From assembly GCA_031409335.1 (NCBI GenBank), contig JANNWY010000307.1:64001-128000 (forward strand): a DNA stretch of 64,000 nucleotides. The letters run 5' to 3'. The translations under genes and the position numbers were made by a program. The notes under the pieces are model-generated. The model did not search any database, was not told the origin of the DNA, and saw only the letters and a list, made by a program, of their open reading frames with translations. Below are positions 38,406-47,600 of the stretch, piece after piece (position 1 is the first letter of the stretch; each line of letters opens with the position of its first letter). The stretch comes from Chthoniobacteraceae bacterium (lineage in GTDB: Bacteria > Verrucomicrobiota > Verrucomicrobiia > Chthoniobacterales > Chthoniobacteraceae).

Positions 38406-38743
38406 GAAAGCCGGTCGAGATCCCCTGCATTCAGGATGCCCGGAAATGGCGAGAAGCCTTTCCACTGCATCGCGTCGGGAGATTCATCCACGAGCAGGGC
38501 GAGAAGTTTCTCAAAAGCCGCGGCGTCTTGCTGCGCCGCCTCGATCATCGTGCGCCAGCCTTCGAGCCGGTCGCGGCTGGCGTGCCCGCGCGCGAGCCAG
38601 CGGGCGATGTTGGCGAGAGGGATGGCGAGCAGGGAAGGGTCCGCCTGGATCTTCGCCGCGACCGTCTCGAAGCGCAGGCGCGAGATTCTCTCCGCAGGCC
38701 GCGTATCGTATGGGAAAAGAGCGGGATCTGAATCAGCGGACAT
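38387..38743 (-). CDS. Small helical partner protein (putative antitoxin)
   Basis: DPSLL..PLANIARW..W..LL.DES..A....SPFPGIL pattern. 19-bp overlap with the nucleotidyltransferase gene. Confidence 0.72.
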   Translation of the reverse strand: MSADSDPALFPYDTRPAERISRLRFETVAAKIQADPSLLAIPLANIARWLARGHASRDRLEGWRTMIEAAQQDAAAFEKLLALLVDESPDAMQWKGFSPFPGILNAGDLDRLSWTSSH

Positions 38744-38840
38744 CGGCATGGCGTGCGCAAGATGACACCGCTTTCCACTCGCGCCAAGAGCGGAGAGGCG
38801 TGCTTTGGATGGTGCCGCACGGTCGGGCAAGCAAGTCACT

Positions 38841-40376
38841 TCAATAACTCTTTGCCCACACCACGCGCCGCGCGCTTCGCTCGCCGGTCAGGATGCATTT
38901 CCCGTCTTCTTCCGTGCCGGAAAATGGGATGCAGCGGATCGTTACTTTGAGATCTTCTTTGATCTTGTTTTCGACTTCGGCGGAGCCGTTCCAATGCGCG
39001 AGCGCGAAGCCTCCGTGGATCTCGGGTTTGTCGGAATTCTTGGCGGTGAAGAAGGCGTAGAATTCTTCCTTGGTGTCGATCTTCACGGTGTTCGCATCGC
39101 GCAGGGCGGTGGCGCGGGCGAGGAGCGTGGACTGTATTTCGTCGAGGATCGTCGCGGTTTTTCCGACGAAATCCGCCGTTGGCAAAAACTCTTTTTCCTT
39201 CGAACCGCGATCACGGCGGGCGACGGCAACGCTGCCCTTTTCCAAATCGCGCGGGCCGATCTCGACGCGCAGCGGTACGCCTTTTTTGATCCATTCCCAA
39301 TTCTTCTGCCCGCCGCCGATGTCGCGCTTGTCGATCTCCACGCGGATGGGTTCGCCCGCGTAACTTTGCGCGCGCAATTCACCCGCGAGTTTTTCCACCG
39401 CGGCGAGCACGGCGTCGCGCGTTTCGGGCTTTGGCGTGACGGGTAAAATGACGACGTGCGCGGGGGCGACGCGCGGCGGGAGGATGAGGCCGTCGTCGTC
39501 GCCATGCGCCATGATGACGGTGCCGAGGAGGCGCGTGCTCACGCCCCAGCTCGTCGTCCAGGCGAGTTCCTGTTTGTTGTCGCGCGAGAGGAATTGAATG
39601 CCGCTGGCCTTCGCAAAATTCTGTCCGAGAAAGTGCGACGTGCCAGCCTGAATCGCCTTCCGATCCTGCACCATCGCCTCGATGCACAGCGTTTTCACCG
39701 CGCCGGGAAAACGTTCGCCCGCACTTTTTTCGCCCGTGAAAACGGGCAGCGCCAGCCAGTCGCGCGCGAATGTTTCGTAAATGCCGAGGATCAAATCCGT
39801 CTCCGCCAGCGCCTCCGCTTCGGTCTCGTGCGCGGTGTGACCTTCCTGCCAGAGAAACTCCGCGGTGCGCAGAAAAATCCGCGGGCGCAATTCCCAGCGC
39901 ACCACGTTCGCCCATTGATTGATGAGGATCGGCAGGTCGCGCCACGACTGCACCCATTTCGCGTAGCTCGCACCGATGATCGTCTCGCTCGTGGGCCGCA
40001 CCACGAGCGGCTCGGTGAGCTGCGCGGAAGGTGCCGGACGCAGCCCGCCCGCGCCATCCGATTCGAGCCGGTGATGCGTCACGACCGCGCATTCTTTTGC
40101 GAAACCTTCGACGTGCTCCGCTTCTTTCGCGAGGTATGAGAGCGGGATGAATAGCGGGAAATAAGCGTTCTTATGTCCCGTCTCCTTAAACATCCGATCC
40201 AGCGTCCGCTGCATCGCTTCCCACAATCCGTAGCCCCACGGCTTGATGACCATGCAGCCGCGCACGTCCGAGTTTTCCGCCATGTCGGCGGCGCGCACGA
40301 CTTGCTGATACCACTCGGGAAAATCCTCGTCGCGGCGGGGTGTGATGGCGGTTTTTTCTTGCTGTGGCTGGCTCAT
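38841..40376 (-). CDS. proS: Proline--tRNA ligase (archaeal/eukaryote type)
   Basis: F.EWYQ, VRPTSET, NQWANVVRWE..FLRT.EFLWQEGHT, QAGTSH.LGQNF, SWGVSTR; ends AKSY. Confidence 0.98.
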   Translation of the reverse strand: MSQPQQEKTAITPRRDEDFPEWYQQVVRAADMAENSDVRGCMVIKPWGYGLWEAMQRTLDRMFKETGHKNAYFPLFIPLSYLAKEAEHVEGFAKECAVVTHHRLESDGAGGLRPAPSAQLTEPLVVRPTSETIIGASYAKWVQSWRDLPILINQWANVVRWELRPRIFLRTAEFLWQEGHTAHETEAEALAETDLILGIYETFARDWLALPVFTGEKSAGERFPGAVKTLCIEAMVQDRKAIQAGTSHFLGQNFAKASGIQFLSRDNKQELAWTTSWGVSTRLLGTVIMAHGDDDGLILPPRVAPAHVVILPVTPKPETRDAVLAAVEKLAGELRAQSYAGEPIRVEIDKRDIGGGQKNWEWIKKGVPLRVEIGPRDLEKGSVAVARRDRGSKEKEFLPTADFVGKTATILDEIQSTLLARATALRDANTVKIDTKEEFYAFFTAKNSDKPEIHGGFALAHWNGSAEVENKIKEDLKVTIRCIPFSGTEEDGKCILTGERSARRVVWAKSY

Positions 40377-40419
40377 ATTTTTTTGGGAAAAGGGCCGCGA
40401 AGCTAAACGCCGCGCGCGA

Positions 40420-41481
40420 TCACGGCAAGCCGCTCCGGGAAAGGTGATACACGGCGAAGGTCGCGAGCCAGTGTTCGCCTTCGTAGTGGCCGCTGAAAAC
40501 GTAGCGCAGGCCAGCCTCGGCGTGCGCTTTCATCGCGGCGTCGATCGCGGCGCGGCGCGCATCGTCCGCGGGCAGCGCGGCGGCGATGCCTTGCAGCGTC
40601 CAGGCGCGGCTGAGATTCAGGCCGACGAGATGCACGATGCGCGGGTCGGAGAGGTCGCTGACTTCGGCGGGCGTGGTCCAGGCGGCGGGCAGCGCGGGCA
40701 TGAAATCGGTGAGCCATTTTGAAAACTCGGCGGCGGGCAGGACGCGGCGCATGAGGTCGGCTTCGTTGAGGCCGGGGGAGAAGAAGTCTTCGCCGGACGG
40801 TTCGTAGGCGGCGGGATAGGCGCGGTCTTTTAGAAAATAATCGCGGGCGCGTTGTTCGACGAGGCTCGCGAGTTCGATGTCTTTCACCGCTTTCGCGTAG
40901 TCGTGGATTTGGCCGAGCGCGAAGGCCGTGTCGGGATGCACGCCGGTGCGGATCGGGTAGGTGAGGCGCGGCAGATAATCCTTCGTCAGCGCGACGAGTT
41001 TGGTTTCGAGCGGGACGAAATTCGCGGCCCAGCGCGTAGCGTCGGGATCGTCCCACGCGCGGAGTTCCGCGGCGAGCCGCAGCGCCCAGGCCCAGCCATA
41101 CATGCGCTCGAAACCGCGATTCTTTTTGTCTTCAAAATAGGCAGTTTCGATCGCGATGTTTGCGGCGGTGAGATGCGCTTCGAGGCGCGCGCGGATTTCG
41201 GCGGCGTTGGAAATTGCAGGCTGGATGCGCAGCAGCCGCGCGAGCATCCAGTGCCCGTGGACCGCGGAGTGCCAGTCGAAGCAGCCGAAGAACGCAGGAT
41301 GCATTTGCCGCGGCGTGCGGAGGTCTTCCGGCTTGGCGAGGACGTCGCCGGGTTTGTTGGGAAATTCCTGGTCGATGCCTTTCAGCGCGAGCTTCGCGAA
41401 GGCGGCGGCGCGTTCCGCATCGAGCGGCTCCTGAGCAGACGAGGAAATGACGAGTGCGATCAAGGCGGGGAGGGCTTTCAT
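40420..41481 (-). CDS. DUF2891 family secreted protein
   Basis: HPAFFGCFDWHSAVHGHW, FER.YGWAW, PSGEDFFSP, HL.GLNLSRAW and YEGEHWLATFA. Confidence 0.9.
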   Translation of the reverse strand: MKALPALIALVISSSAQEPLDAERAAAFAKLALKGIDQEFPNKPGDVLAKPEDLRTPRQMHPAFFGCFDWHSAVHGHWMLARLLRIQPAISNAAEIRARLEAHLTAANIAIETAYFEDKKNRGFERMYGWAWALRLAAELRAWDDPDATRWAANFVPLETKLVALTKDYLPRLTYPIRTGVHPDTAFALGQIHDYAKAVKDIELASLVEQRARDYFLKDRAYPAAYEPSGEDFFSPGLNEADLMRRVLPAAEFSKWLTDFMPALPAAWTTPAEVSDLSDPRIVHLVGLNLSRAWTLQGIAAALPADDARRAAIDAAMKAHAEAGLRYVFSGHYEGEHWLATFAVYHLSRSGLP

Positions 41482-41500
41482 TTTTTGGGAAGGGGAAACA

Positions 41501-41615
41501 TTCAACGTCCAACTTTCAACGTTCAACGTTCAAAGGCCGAGTTCCGAGTGGACGCTGCTTGCTCCTTTGAAAGTTGAGCGTTGGACGTTGGACGTTGAGC
41601 CCCGCGCAGCGGCCT
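41501..41615. repeat. Inverted heptamer-repeat element (TTCAACG x5 ... CGTTGGA x5)
   Basis: Tandem 7-mers in inverted arms, followed by AGCCCCGCGCAGCGGCCT, which also occurs at 35683. Confidence 0.85.
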
Positions 41616-41689
41616 TCCATTCGTTTCTTCCACATCGACCTCGCGCCGAGCCGTGCAGTATGCAGCATCCACGTTTGAATATCCCCGCC

Positions 41690-43558
41690 ATGAAAAAACT
41701 CTTCGCCTTTCTCTCGATGCTGCTCGCCGGATGCAGCACCGTCTTCGCTCAGGACGCAAAACCAAACATCGTCTTCATCCTCACCGACGATCTCGGGATC
41801 AACGATCTGAGTTGCTACGGGCGGAAGGATCAGCCGACGCCGCATCTCGACCGGCTCGCGGCGCAGGGGATGCGGTTCACGAGCGCGTATTGCGCGCAGC
41901 CGATCTGTTCGCCGTCGCGCGCGGCGCTGCTCACGGGGAAGTGTCCCGCGCGTTTGCATCTCACCAATTTCCTCCCGGGCCGCGCGGATGCCCCCTCGCA
42001 AAAGTTGAAGCAACCGGTGATCGAGGGGCAGCTCCCGCTGGAGGAAACGACGCTCGCGGAGCTGCTGCGCGATGCGGGTTACGCAACGGCTTGCATTGGG
42101 AAATGGCATCTCGGCGGGCAGGGATTCGGGCCGAAGGCGCAGGGATTCGAGCATGTGTTCACGGGAAAGGCGGACACGCAGCCGGGCGCGGACGAGGGTG
42201 GAAAAGGCGAGTACGGACTGACCGCGGAGGCAACTCGCTGGATCGAGGAAAACAAGGCTCGCCCATTCTTCCTCTACCTCGCGCACAACACGCCGCACGT
42301 GCCGCTCGGTGCGCGACCGGAGCTGATCGAGAAACATCGCGACGCGTGGAATCCGATGATGGCGGCGATGATCGAAGCGATGGACGATTGCGTGGGCCGC
42401 GTGATGGCGAAGCTTGATGAAGCGGGCCTCGCCGAGCGCACGATTTTCGTCTTCGCGAGCGACAACGGCGGGCTGCACGTCCACGAACTCCCGCTCACGC
42501 CGGCGACCTACAACGCGCCATTTCGCGCGGGAAAAGGCTTTCTCTACGAAGGCGGGCTGCGCGTGCCGCTGATCGTGCGCTGGCCGGGAAAAGTGAAGCC
42601 GGGAGTGGTGGATGAGATGCCGGTTGTGCTGACCGATCTCATGCCGACGTTGCTCGAAGCGGCTGGCATCGATCCCGCGAAGACTGTCGGCCCGCTCGAC
42701 GGGGTGAGCCTGATCAAGTATCTGAAAGACACCGAATCCCATCCCGAGCAGTTCGCGGAACGTGCGCTGTTCTGGCATTTCCCAAACTACACGAACCAGG
42801 GCGGACGCCCTGCCGGCGCGGTGCTGAAGCTTGGATGGAAGCTCGTCGAAAACTATGAAGACGGGAGCTTGGAGCTTTTCGATCTGAACAAGGATATTGG
42901 GGAAACGAAAGACCTGTCGAAGGATCGACCCGAGCGCACTTCGGAATTGCGAGCGCTGCTCGACGCGTGGCGCAAGCGAGTCGGCGCGCAAATGCCCGTG
43001 CCGAATGCGGAATTCGACGCGGCGCTTCACCGGAAGCTTTATGCGGATATCGATCCGAGTCTCATCGGCCAGGGCGCGAACGCGGCCGAAGTGCGTGCGA
43101 AGCTGACCGAATGGCGGGCGGCCATGAATGCCGCGCCGAAAGGCAATCGCCCGCGCGTGACGCCTGCGGGCGGCGACATCCGGCTGCACGCGAAGGATGC
43201 GAAAGTCCACGGCACGCAGGCGCGCTACGAAGATGCGCCGAACAAGAATGTGATCGGTTTTTGGACGAAGCCGGAGGACTGGGTGAGTTGGGATTTCGAG
43301 GTCGCGAAGGCGGGCAAGTATGAAGTGGAAATCCAGCAGGGTTGCAGCGGCGGCGGCTCGGAAGTGGCGGTTGAAATCGCTGGGCAGACGCTGAAATTCA
43401 CCGTCGAGGGCACGGGCCATTTTCAAAACATGATCCTGCGAACGATCGGCGAGGTGGAGCTACCGGCCGGCCCGCAAACGCTGGCCGTCAAACCGCAAAG
43501 CAAGAAGGGCGGCGCGGTGATGGATTTGCGGCGCGTGGTGTTGCGTCCGGCGATGTGA
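41690..43558 (+). CDS. Cys-type S1 sulfatase with C-terminal carbohydrate-binding-like beta-sandwich
   Basis: PNIVFILTDDLG, CSPSRAALLTG, GKWHLG, SDNGG and GK..LYEGGLRVP. Confidence 0.95.
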   Translation: MKKLFAFLSMLLAGCSTVFAQDAKPNIVFILTDDLGINDLSCYGRKDQPTPHLDRLAAQGMRFTSAYCAQPICSPSRAALLTGKCPARLHLTNFLPGRADAPSQKLKQPVIEGQLPLEETTLAELLRDAGYATACIGKWHLGGQGFGPKAQGFEHVFTGKADTQPGADEGGKGEYGLTAEATRWIEENKARPFFLYLAHNTPHVPLGARPELIEKHRDAWNPMMAAMIEAMDDCVGRVMAKLDEAGLAERTIFVFASDNGGLHVHELPLTPATYNAPFRAGKGFLYEGGLRVPLIVRWPGKVKPGVVDEMPVVLTDLMPTLLEAAGIDPAKTVGPLDGVSLIKYLKDTESHPEQFAERALFWHFPNYTNQGGRPAGAVLKLGWKLVENYEDGSLELFDLNKDIGETKDLSKDRPERTSELRALLDAWRKRVGAQMPVPNAEFDAALHRKLYADIDPSLIGQGANAAEVRAKLTEWRAAMNAAPKGNRPRVTPAGGDIRLHAKDAKVHGTQARYEDAPNKNVIGFWTKPEDWVSWDFEVAKAGKYEVEIQQGCSGGGSEVAVEIAGQTLKFTVEGTGHFQNMILRTIGEVELPAGPQTLAVKPQSKKGGAVMDLRRVVLRPAM

Positions 43559-43652
43559 TGCCGCGGGTTGGGCGACGCCGATTGCGCCTGCCCTTTCGCC
43601 CGTCTGTTTGACAACAGCGGAACCGATCCTAGCGTCACGCCACGAAAATCCC

Positions 43653-44405
43653 GTGAACGACCAGAACCCTCTCTCACGTCCCGACCGGCGTCAGTTCATC
43701 AAACACTTCGCGGTGAGCACGGCGGCGTCCTGGTTTTGCGGGAAAATGTGGACGGCGAATGTGATCGCCGAAGTGACGCCCGCGGTGCTGGCGGTCGGGA
43801 GGATTCCGATCAAGATCAGCGCTTATCCCACGTTCCAACTGCCGTACGGTTCGGTTCGGTTTGCGTTCGCCGATCCTTCGGGCGGGATTTATCCGTTTGT
43901 GCTTACGCGCGTGGAAGCCGGGCAGTTTTTCGCGGTCGATACAAAATGCAGTCACGCGGGCTGCATCGTCGAGCCGTTCAGCGATGGGCCGTTCGCGATG
44001 GAGTGTTACTGCCATGGTTCGCGGTACGATTTCATGGGGCAGGTGACCAACGGCCCGGCCACGGTGGATCTGCTTCGGTATGAAACGGAGTTCGACGGCG
44101 TGGACACGGTGACGGTGCTCGTGCCGGGCATCGACATGACGATTTGCAACGCCGTCGTGCAGGAGAAAACGTCGAGCGCGGTGCGCCTGCGTTTGCAATT
44201 TCCCACGATTTTGCTCGGGAATTACGGTGTGCATTTCCGCCAAAATATGTCGGACCCGCCGCAGCGGATTTCGTTTTCCACATCACCGACCGGGAGTCCG
44301 GCGATCAATCAGATCGCGGGCAACGGGCAGATTCGGACGATCTACGTGCAGGCGGCCCTGCCACAGGGCTTCTTTTCCGTGGCGCTGCTGGTGGACGTTT
44401 TTTGA
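43653..44405 (+). CDS. Tat-exported Rieske [2Fe-2S] protein with extra C-terminal beta domain
   Basis: DRRQFIK; CSHAGC and CYCHGSRYD; G.VTNGPA..DL..Y. Confidence 0.9.
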   Translation: MNDQNPLSRPDRRQFIKHFAVSTAASWFCGKMWTANVIAEVTPAVLAVGRIPIKISAYPTFQLPYGSVRFAFADPSGGIYPFVLTRVEAGQFFAVDTKCSHAGCIVEPFSDGPFAMECYCHGSRYDFMGQVTNGPATVDLLRYETEFDGVDTVTVLVPGIDMTICNAVVQEKTSSAVRLRLQFPTILLGNYGVHFRQNMSDPPQRISFSTSPTGSPAINQIAGNGQIRTIYVQAALPQGFFSVALLVDVF

Positions 44406-44614
44406 GGGAAAATGCGGGGCTGAATTTTCGCGCACCAGCAGATTGAGCTTGCGGCACAGACGAGACGTTACACAATAACGATAATTAAAAGGAACGCACT
44501 TCACCGCCGCGCTCCCACCCAAATCCTCCCGCAAACCCCATCAAGTCGAACTGCGCTACGCTGCGCCGAGATGCAGTTCCAAACCGCCCGCCGAAACCAG
44601 TCCCCACATATCCC

Positions 44615-47600
44615 ATGAAAACAAACTCCGCTTCCTTCAAACGCTCATCGTCATTGCAACGCACCATCCTTTCCGCCAGCGCCGCCTCGCTGCTTGCTGC
44701 GGTGCTCACCGTGCCGCAGGTCCATGCGCAAATCTCGATCGGCGCGCCGAGCGTCTATTCGCAAAATTTTGACACGCTCCCGACTGTCGCGGGCAATTGG
44801 ACGGACAACACCACGCTGGCTGGCTGGTATGCGACGAGCATGAACTTTTTCCCCGCCACCGGGGTGCTCGCTCCGCTTCCGCTCGGGGCGTACACGACGG
44901 GCGCCGCGCGGGCGAGCGGGTTTTTCAGCGCGGGCACCGGCACGGAGCGGGCGCTGGCGTGGGGGGCGACCACCACCGGCTACGGCGCTTCCGCGATGGG
45001 CGTCGTCTTTGAAAATACCAGCGGGAATACGCTGTCGATCGGCAATATCTCCTTCAACGGGGAGATGTATGCGGGTCAGGCGACTGCGGGTGCGCTCGAC
45101 GGCCTCCAGTTCTTTTACCAGGTCGGCGGCGCTGCCATCACCAACTTGGCGGGCACGGCGGTGCATGCCAACGGCGCGCTCTATGCGGCCAATGCCGCGC
45201 TCGAAGACACGGGCTGGACGCGCATCTCGGGGCTTGAGTATTTCGATTCGGTCGCGGTGGCGGGGCAAGTGCAGAACCCGGCGAAAATAAAAGCCGTCGG
45301 CCTGAACGCGGGCCTCACCCTGGCACCGGGCGAGTTCATCACGCTGCGCTGGCGCAGCCTGAATGACAGCGGCGCGGATGGGATAGTCGGCATCGACGAT
45401 TTGCTGGTCAACTTTCTTTCGGCTCCGAACAACCTCGTTTACAACCGCAATACATTTCCGAATGGCATCGTTCAGATTGGCGGGGGCAATGTCTGGCTGA
45501 ATGGAGCAAACCCGGCTGCGTTGGGCGCCAATGACAATGCTTTCTTCAGCCAGCCCGGGAGTGCCGCGCTGGACGTGCAGGGAAGCGTGCCCCTCAACAC
45601 GATTAACATCACCGCGGCCTCCGGAACCAACACTTTCAGCGGTGCGGGCAGCATGAGCGGGGCGCTCATCAAATCGGGGGCGGGGAATGCGGCGCTCGGC
45701 AATGCGAACACGTTCTCCAGCCTTACGATCAGCGAGGCGGGTGTGCTTCAAGCCACCGTCCCGCAAACGATCTCGGGTCCGATCACTGCCCCATTCGACC
45801 CGGATGGGACGCCCACCATCCAGACCGATGCCGATGTCACGGCAACATCCCTGAATGGCGCGGGTACGCTCATCAAGACCGGCACTGCGGCGCTGGTTCT
45901 GACCGGGGCGAGCGCCGGGACCGGCGGCGGCGGCGTCTCGGTAACGCAGGGCAGCTTGCGCACGGCCACGGCGGCGGCGCTCGGGCCAAGGAATATCGCG
46001 ATCAACGGCGCCGACGCGGCGCTTTCCTTTGCGCACACGGCTGGCGATCAGACGCTGAATGCCGCCACGACGATCACTCCCGGCGCGGCGGGCGCGGAGA
46101 TCAATGTTGCAAATGGGGCAATCGGTTTGGGCGTCATTATTGGCACGGCGGACCGGCTGATCGGGGCCAACACGATCACCAAGACCGGACCCGGTATCCT
46201 GCGCATGAGTGCCAACCAGACGAGCTTCACGGGGAATTGGATCATCAATGGCGGAGCCGTGCAGTATGGCAACGGGCTCGCGAATGCGCTCGGCAGCGGC
46301 AGCGTTACCATCAACACCGGCGGCGAACTCGCCGGGCAAAACACGATCGTGCCCGTGGCGAGCATCACGCTCAATGGCGGCGCGCTCGGCACGCGCACTG
46401 GCGCTGCGACGGATTTCACCGGCACGGTGAATGTCGTCGCGAATTCCGAGGCGCGACTCCGCAGTGTCTCGACGCCGACTGGCACACAGGCGTTCACGAT
46501 CAGCGGCGTGCTCACCGGCGCGGGCGATCTGACACTGACCGGAAATCTCCCGCTCACCGACAGCGGCGGCACTGCGCAATTGCGGCTGACGAACGACGCT
46601 AACACCTTCACCGGCACGTTCCGCGCCACGCAATTCCAGACCCTCACGAGCGAACGGCTCGCGGGCACCGGCAGCGCGCTGAATGGCCGCCCCGTCCTCC
46701 TCAGCGGCGGACGGCTGCGGCTGCTAGACAATGGCGCGGCGGACAACGGGACGATCACTTTTGGGAATAACGTGACCGTGGACTCCGGCGTCGCGAGCGT
46801 CGATGTGGACCGGCAGGCGGCCGGCACTTTCAGCGGCAACGCGATCCAGCTCGGCACGCTCGCCATCGCTGGCGGGAGCACGCTCGGCAGCACCGGCGGC
46901 AATGGCTATCAGGCGCACTTCACCGGGCTCACGAGCGTGACCGGCGCGGGCGACGTGACCTTTAGCCCCACCACTGCGCCGCTCATCCTCGCGGGCGGCA
47001 TTGGCGGCGGCACTTATGGCATCGTGAAAAATGGCACTGGTGTGTTCGGCATCAATGGCAACGCCAGCTACACGGGAAATACGACCGTCAACGAAGGCAC
47101 CTTCGGCACGAACGGCCAGCTCACTGGCACGCCGCGCATCGACATCAGGACGGGGGCGACGCTCGACGTGAGCCTCGTCGCCGGCGGCTTCAATGTCGGC
47201 GCGGGCCAGACGCTCGCCGGGACCGGGAGCGTGGCGGGTTCCGCCAATGTCCTCAGCGGCGGCACGATCGAAGGCGGCGATCTGCTCGGAGTCGGCACGC
47301 TGACCACCGGCCCGCTCACGCTCGGCGCGAGCGCGATCGTCCGTGCCGCGGGTGGGAATGTGGGTGGCTCGATCGTCGTCTCAGGCACGGACACGCTCAC
47401 CGCAACGGGCCCCTTGGCTTCCGTGACGGTCAACGTGATCGGCGCACAGCCGGCAATCGGCCAGCATGTGCTCATCGACTACGACGGCGTCATCGGCGGC
47501 CCCAACGGCTTCGGGGCTTTCACCCTTGGCACGCTTCCACCACGAACCACAGCCACGCTGCAAAACGACGCCAACCCGCTCATCACCACGATCTTTTTGG

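Noticed and set aside
38841..40376. Archaeal/eukaryote-type ProRS as evidence of unusual transfer
   Set aside because: This type is widespread in several bacterial phyla; treated as ordinary housekeeping.
44466..44480. CGTTA-cacaa-TAACG palindrome upstream of 44615 as an operator
   Set aside because: Short single instance with no second matching site; insufficient support.
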